The notes beneath the pieces were generated by a model. The model was not told the DNA's origin. It did not search any database and saw only the letters and a program-made list of their open reading frames with translations. DNA of 64,000 nt from Waltera intestinalis (GTDB lineage: Bacteria; Bacillota_I; Bacilli_A; Erysipelotrichales; Erysipelotrichaceae), in contig CAVBGZ010000001.1 of NCBI GenBank assembly GCA_963595075.1, positions 12,169 through 76,168 of the forward strand, read 5' to 3'. Positions 60,399 to 64,000 of this stretch are shown here, piece after piece; the first letter of the stretch is position 1; every line of letters starts with the position of its first letter. The translations under genes and the position numbers were made by a program.

Positions 60399-61223
60399 AT
60401 GGAGGAAATTAGAATGGAAGATAAATTTGTAATTTATCATAAAAATGGCAATGAAGAGATGTGCCATATAGGGGTTGCCAATAATAGAGAAGAGGCGAAT
60501 AAATTAATTACTCATTATATTGAGCAAATTCAATTCAAATCTTATTATTGGAATGTTGCAATGGATCGTGAAAAATTAACTATTCGAGTTGATTATGGAT
60601 CTTATGTGGATTTTTGTTACATTGTATGTAAAGATGAGGCTGCTTTTAATGAATACACAAAGAAAGACAAAGACCCAGAATTAGATAAATATTCTGACAA
60701 TTTAATTCAAAATATGTATCATAAAGCTAAGTATATTAAAGCAATCGAGAAAAAGCATCCAATAGATTATGACTTAAAGAAATATTCTTGTGATGTGAAT
60801 TTCTTTACTACTTGGACGTATTTAGCACTTCAAACATTAATGGAAATAGCAAATAAACCAGCGTTTGAGAGGAATTATAGACGACTTATGTTTGCTATAA
60901 ATGTTTATGAAGAATTAACTAAGAGAACATTATGTGGCGAACCAAAATTTGAAGACAAGCTAAATGAAAGATTGTCAATGCCAAAGAAATATCTTACAGC
61001 TATGGGTGGCGTTACGAAAAAAGAGAATACATACATGTACGGAATTATCGAAGGTGCTAAATACTATGTACTAAGAGATGATTCTGTAATATCGCAAATT
61101 ATTAACTTTGATGACCAAATGTTTGCAATTATCAAAGTTAAACAGAATTACAAGATGTTACATGTGTTAAATGATTCAGTAAAGGAAAACGAAATTAGTG
61201 ATGATACACTAATTTTTAACTAG
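60399..61223 (+). CDS. hypothetical protein
   Basis: 274 aa, AGGAG RBS. Confidence 0.7.
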   Translation: MEEIRMEDKFVIYHKNGNEEMCHIGVANNREEANKLITHYIEQIQFKSYYWNVAMDREKLTIRVDYGSYVDFCYIVCKDEAAFNEYTKKDKDPELDKYSDNLIQNMYHKAKYIKAIEKKHPIDYDLKKYSCDVNFFTTWTYLALQTLMEIANKPAFERNYRRLMFAINVYEELTKRTLCGEPKFEDKLNERLSMPKKYLTAMGGVTKKENTYMYGIIEGAKYYVLRDDSVISQIINFDDQMFAIIKVKQNYKMLHVLNDSVKENEISDDTLIFN

Positions 61224-61233
61224 GAGAAAAATT

Positions 61234-61839
61234 ATGGAAAAATTATTAATTATAAATTATTTACAAAATGGTAAGGTTGTCCGAGATTACGGAAAGACAA
61301 TCCTGCCAAATTTATTAGCAGAAGTTAAAGATTGTATTGACAATAATGAAAGCGTCATCTTCACTAGAGATTCTCATAATCTCATGATAGACAGTGATGA
61401 TTGGTTCGTTATTCCTGAGATCTACAACTTTGCCGTAGAGGAAGCAAGTTTAAAGAGAATCAAATTCATCGACATCTCAGATCCGTTTGATTCAACAACT
61501 GAGATTGTAGAAGCAGTTACAAACTTCATTAGAGCAAAGCAGCTTCAGTATTATGCAGATGGAAATAATGAAGAGCTTCCTGCTGAATGGGGAGTTAAGA
61601 TTATTGGCTGTGATTCCAAAATGATTGCCCGCATTTATAGAAATATTGCTAAGAAGTATATTGAATATGGAAAGTCTGGAGAGACAATGAATTTTGTCTT
61701 AGATCCTAATGAAATTATTACAGATTCTTCAGAGAAGTGTGAAGATGAGATTGCTTCATTAAGAGCAGACATTACAAATTCTGTTTTAGCAATTACAAGA
61801 TCAGAAAAAGGTCTATTAGCAAAAATAAAAGTGCTTTAG
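61234..61839 (+). CDS. degenerate isochorismatase/nicotinamidase-like protein
   Basis: MEKLLIINYLQN (cf. LLVVDMQNDF) and VIFTRDSH, VKIIGCDS; catalytic motifs appear altered. Confidence 0.45.
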   Translation: MEKLLIINYLQNGKVVRDYGKTILPNLLAEVKDCIDNNESVIFTRDSHNLMIDSDDWFVIPEIYNFAVEEASLKRIKFIDISDPFDSTTEIVEAVTNFIRAKQLQYYADGNNEELPAEWGVKIIGCDSKMIARIYRNIAKKYIEYGKSGETMNFVLDPNEIITDSSEKCEDEIASLRADITNSVLAITRSEKGLLAKIKVL

Positions 61840-61843
61840 AAAA

Positions 61844-61851
61844 TATATTAT
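61844..61851 (+). promoter_or_regulatory. putative early promoter core TATATTAT
   Basis: Upstream of the RNAP beta' N gene, which lacks the late motif. Confidence 0.4.
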
Positions 61852-61986
61852 AAAAATGGCTAAAATGAAATAAATTAGTATTAAAATCTGTCAAGATTTC
61901 GTTGCAGTATTTAGGTACTGCGTTAAATAGAAATCACAGTTTAAGAAAGTTTATTTCAATTTAGCTGTTTGTTTTAAAGGAGGGAT

Positions 61987-63441
61987 TTGGCTATGAAAAT
62001 AACAAGAGTCCCATCATTCTTTAGCTTTGATCCACATAACGTAATTTCTAATTATGAAATCTACGGAAGAAAGGTCAAAGTAGATAAGGATGGTATGCAA
62101 GTAGAAGAGAATTCATTTAATGATGACGGATTATTCTCTCCACAAATCTTTGGTAGCTTTGAATCTGAAGAGGAATATAGCTGCAAATGTCACCACTTAA
62201 CAGGAGCATTTTATGATGGCTGCAAGTGCCCTAAATGTGGAACAATTGTAGAGTTCAGAGGATCTTTGATATCAAAGACTGGATGGATAGACTTATCTGG
62301 AAATCGTTATTTAGATGATGGAACTGTAGCTGAATATGGTGCAGGCTACAAGATCATCAAATACTTCGCATATCTTCATCTAGAAAAACTTATAGGAAAA
62401 ACCAATCTAAAGAATATCATTCATGTGCCTAACACTATCACTACAACAGGTGAGTTAGATGTAAAGGCGATTGAAGAAATTCAAAATGAAGCACCAGAAC
62501 AAAAATATTGGTATATTGGATTGCCGAACTTCTACAAGAATTATAATGAGATTTTGTCTTATTATTATTCTTTAAACAAGATCGATGATCCAAAATTATT
62601 TGATTTCTTGTATGATCCGGCAGAAGTTTTCACTGACAAGATCCCAGTAATCTCAACATTATTGAGACCAGCGATGAGAACAGCAGATGGATTGAAGTTA
62701 GACGTCTTGAATACTATCTATGTTCGTTTAATCAAGAATAATAAAATTCTAAATTCTAAGATTGAACAAATTGACATCATCAAGAATTCTACATTGGAAA
62801 TTATTCAAGCAGAATACTTCCAATTATCAGAAGAAATTATTAACAATATTAAAGGAAAAGGCGGATTGGTTAGATCTCAAATCTGTGGAACTAGAGTTGA
62901 TTTCTCAGCACGTAATATTATTACGCCAGCTCATGCAGGAATTAACATGAATGAAATCGTAGTTCCTTATGTAACTTTCTTAGAGTTATATAAGTTTGAG
63001 ATCATCAATATTCTTCACAACGTCAAGAATATTTCGATTAGAGAGGCAGAGAAGATCCACTTCAAAGCTATGATTGAGTACAATCACGAAGTTTATCTGA
63101 TCATGAAAAAGATGGTTAAAGAGAGTGATTGTATTGCTCTACTAAATCGAAATCCAACTATTGCGATTGGTTCTATGCTGTGTGTGCGAATAATAGATAT
63201 CAAAGAAGATTTCACAGACTTAACACTTAGTCTTCATAACTGTATTCTAACAATGTTAGCAGCAGATTTTGATGGTGACGTTTTGAATTTGATATCTTTA
63301 AAAGATCGTGAAACAAAAGAGTTTTTCAAATCGGTGCTATCTCCAGAAGCATTGATTATTGATACCAATACTGGAGATATAAAGGAAGAATTATTATTAG
63401 AGCGAGATCAAGTTCTAGGAATTAATTCATTGCTTAACTAA
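61987..63441 (+). CDS. phage multisubunit RNA polymerase, beta' N-terminal catalytic part (probably non-virion RNAP)
   Basis: GLFSPQIFG, Zn-binding CKC..CPKCG, IPVISTLLRP, KGKGGLVR..GTRVDFSARNII, LLNRNPTI, catalytic AADFDGD; AAGGAGG RBS (start 61987 or 61993). Confidence 0.92.
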   Translation: MAMKITRVPSFFSFDPHNVISNYEIYGRKVKVDKDGMQVEENSFNDDGLFSPQIFGSFESEEEYSCKCHHLTGAFYDGCKCPKCGTIVEFRGSLISKTGWIDLSGNRYLDDGTVAEYGAGYKIIKYFAYLHLEKLIGKTNLKNIIHVPNTITTTGELDVKAIEEIQNEAPEQKYWYIGLPNFYKNYNEILSYYYSLNKIDDPKLFDFLYDPAEVFTDKIPVISTLLRPAMRTADGLKLDVLNTIYVRLIKNNKILNSKIEQIDIIKNSTLEIIQAEYFQLSEEIINNIKGKGGLVRSQICGTRVDFSARNIITPAHAGINMNEIVVPYVTFLELYKFEIINILHNVKNISIREAEKIHFKAMIEYNHEVYLIMKKMVKESDCIALLNRNPTIAIGSMLCVRIIDIKEDFTDLTLSLHNCILTMLAADFDGDVLNLISLKDRETKEFFKSVLSPEALIIDTNTGDIKEELLLERDQVLGINSLLN

Positions 63442-63631
63442 ATACAATTGAATTTCCGTGCTACACGGTAATGAAAAGAATGTGGGTGTGGGTGATCATC
63501 TAGTGATGAACCTCCAGCTGAAACAAGCGGACGCTTGTTCAGCATGCACGCAAGAGGCGATAAACTTGGAAGCCGTCATCCTTACAGGATCGACGGCCCC
63601 TCCAGACTCGTTTATTTATTTGAATTGTATT
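63441..63631 (+). ncRNA. structured ncRNA unit 1 of a repeat array (retron msr/msd-like architecture)
   Basis: AATACAATT (63441-49) pairs with AATTGTATT (63623-31); conserved CCGTG-CTA-CACGG hairpin; internal hairpins 63496-63509, 63517-63543, 63572-63597; GC-richer than flanks; strand inferred from flanking gene. Confidence 0.7.
63446..63472 (+). repeat. 27-nt direct repeat copy 1 AATTGAATTTCCGTGCTACACGGTAAT
   Basis: Exact match to 63710-63736. Confidence 0.95.
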
Positions 63632-63704
63632 AAGCATCAAGATATAAACAACAAAATGTTTATATATAATTAACATGGTTATAAGTAAAGAATTACTTAT
63701 AATA

Positions 63705-63914
63705 GATTGAATTGAATTTCCGTGCTACACGGTAATTCTCAATTGCTTTGAGAAGATTTCTTGATAGGTTCGATTGTGCTGACAGAGCCAGCATTATTCA
63801 CCGTATCCAAGGTCAGATTCAGGAACTCTGAGACTGCTGCGCAGCTCAGAGCCTCCTGAATCCCACCCGAGATACGGTGAATACAAGTAATCGAGCTTAT
63901 GTCTGAATTCAATC
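63705..63914 (+). ncRNA. structured ncRNA unit 2 of the repeat array
   Basis: GATTGAATT (63705-13) pairs with AATTCAATC (63906-14); same repeat hairpin; long nested hairpin 63764-63900 including G-U pairs. Confidence 0.72.
63710..63736 (+). repeat. 27-nt direct repeat copy 2
   Basis: Exact match to 63446-63472, 264 nt downstream. Confidence 0.95.
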
Positions 63915-64000
63915 AATTTGAATTCTTTGGGTATAGAATATCCATGTTATATGGTAATTACATTTAGATCATACAGCATCTTATCGCTGAGCCACATTAA

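Noticed and set aside
61904..61921. Hairpin GCAGTAT-TTAG-GTACTGC upstream of the RNAP gene
   Set aside because: Isolated stem without T-tract or repeat; may be a 5' stabiliser but cannot be supported further.
1321..62950. Many short antisense or alternate-frame ORFs in the ORF track (e.g. 1321-1575, 2025-2258, 20161-21786, 34008-34858, 37228-38712, 50525-52051, 56630-56908, 62762-62950)
   Set aside because: Nested in or overlapping longer well-supported genes, no RBS or motifs; shadow ORFs.
63458..63673. 71-aa ORF after the RNAP gene
   Set aside because: Starts at a GTG inside the 27-nt repeat hairpin, has no RBS and atypical GC content; better explained as structured ncRNA.
63446..63736. 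CRISPR array interpretation of the 27-nt repeats
   Set aside because: Spacing is 264 nt with highly structured interiors, only two copies are visible, and there are no cas genes in the window.
63441..64000. tRNA cluster or group I intron in the RNAP gene
   Set aside because: No cloverleaf with T-loop GTTCRA plus CCA end recognised; the RNAP ORF extends well beyond DFDGD to a plausible end, and no P7-like intron core was recognised.
1..64000. Alternative genetic code (TAG/TGA recoding) common in gut jumbo phages
   Set aside because: Standard-code ORFs tile the window densely, and TAG/TGA stops are followed by RBS/starts or terminators.

Overview
This is a very AT-rich (roughly 30% GC by eye), gene-dense segment of a jumbo phage of the AR9/PBS1/phiKZ-type lineage, read in the standard genetic code, probably infecting a Firmicute. 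Evidence for this includes two split beta'-like RNA polymerase genes (56068-57273; 61987-63441 with DFDGD), baseplate/tail and head proteins, RecJ, a 5'-3' exonuclease, RusA, PhoH, guanylate kinase, ThiF and a GT2. Nineteen copies of an intergenic AACAATnnATTATA motif fit the AR9 late-promoter pattern. The most striking feature is at the right edge, immediately after the RNAP gene: at least two ~190-210 nt structured non-coding units 264 nt apart. They share a perfect 27-nt repeat (AATTGAATTTCCGTGCTACACGGTAAT), each is closed by a covarying 9-bp terminal stem followed by an unpaired G, and each has a different hairpin-rich interior. This looks like an array of retron-like ncRNAs, and no reverse transcriptase is visible inside the window. 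Also notable are an unannotated frameshifted TnpB remnant with its omega-RNA-like end between a late promoter and a triple-phosphoesterase gene, and multi-enzyme polyproteins punctuated by putative prohead-protease sites. All functional calls are from motif recognition only; no searches were run.
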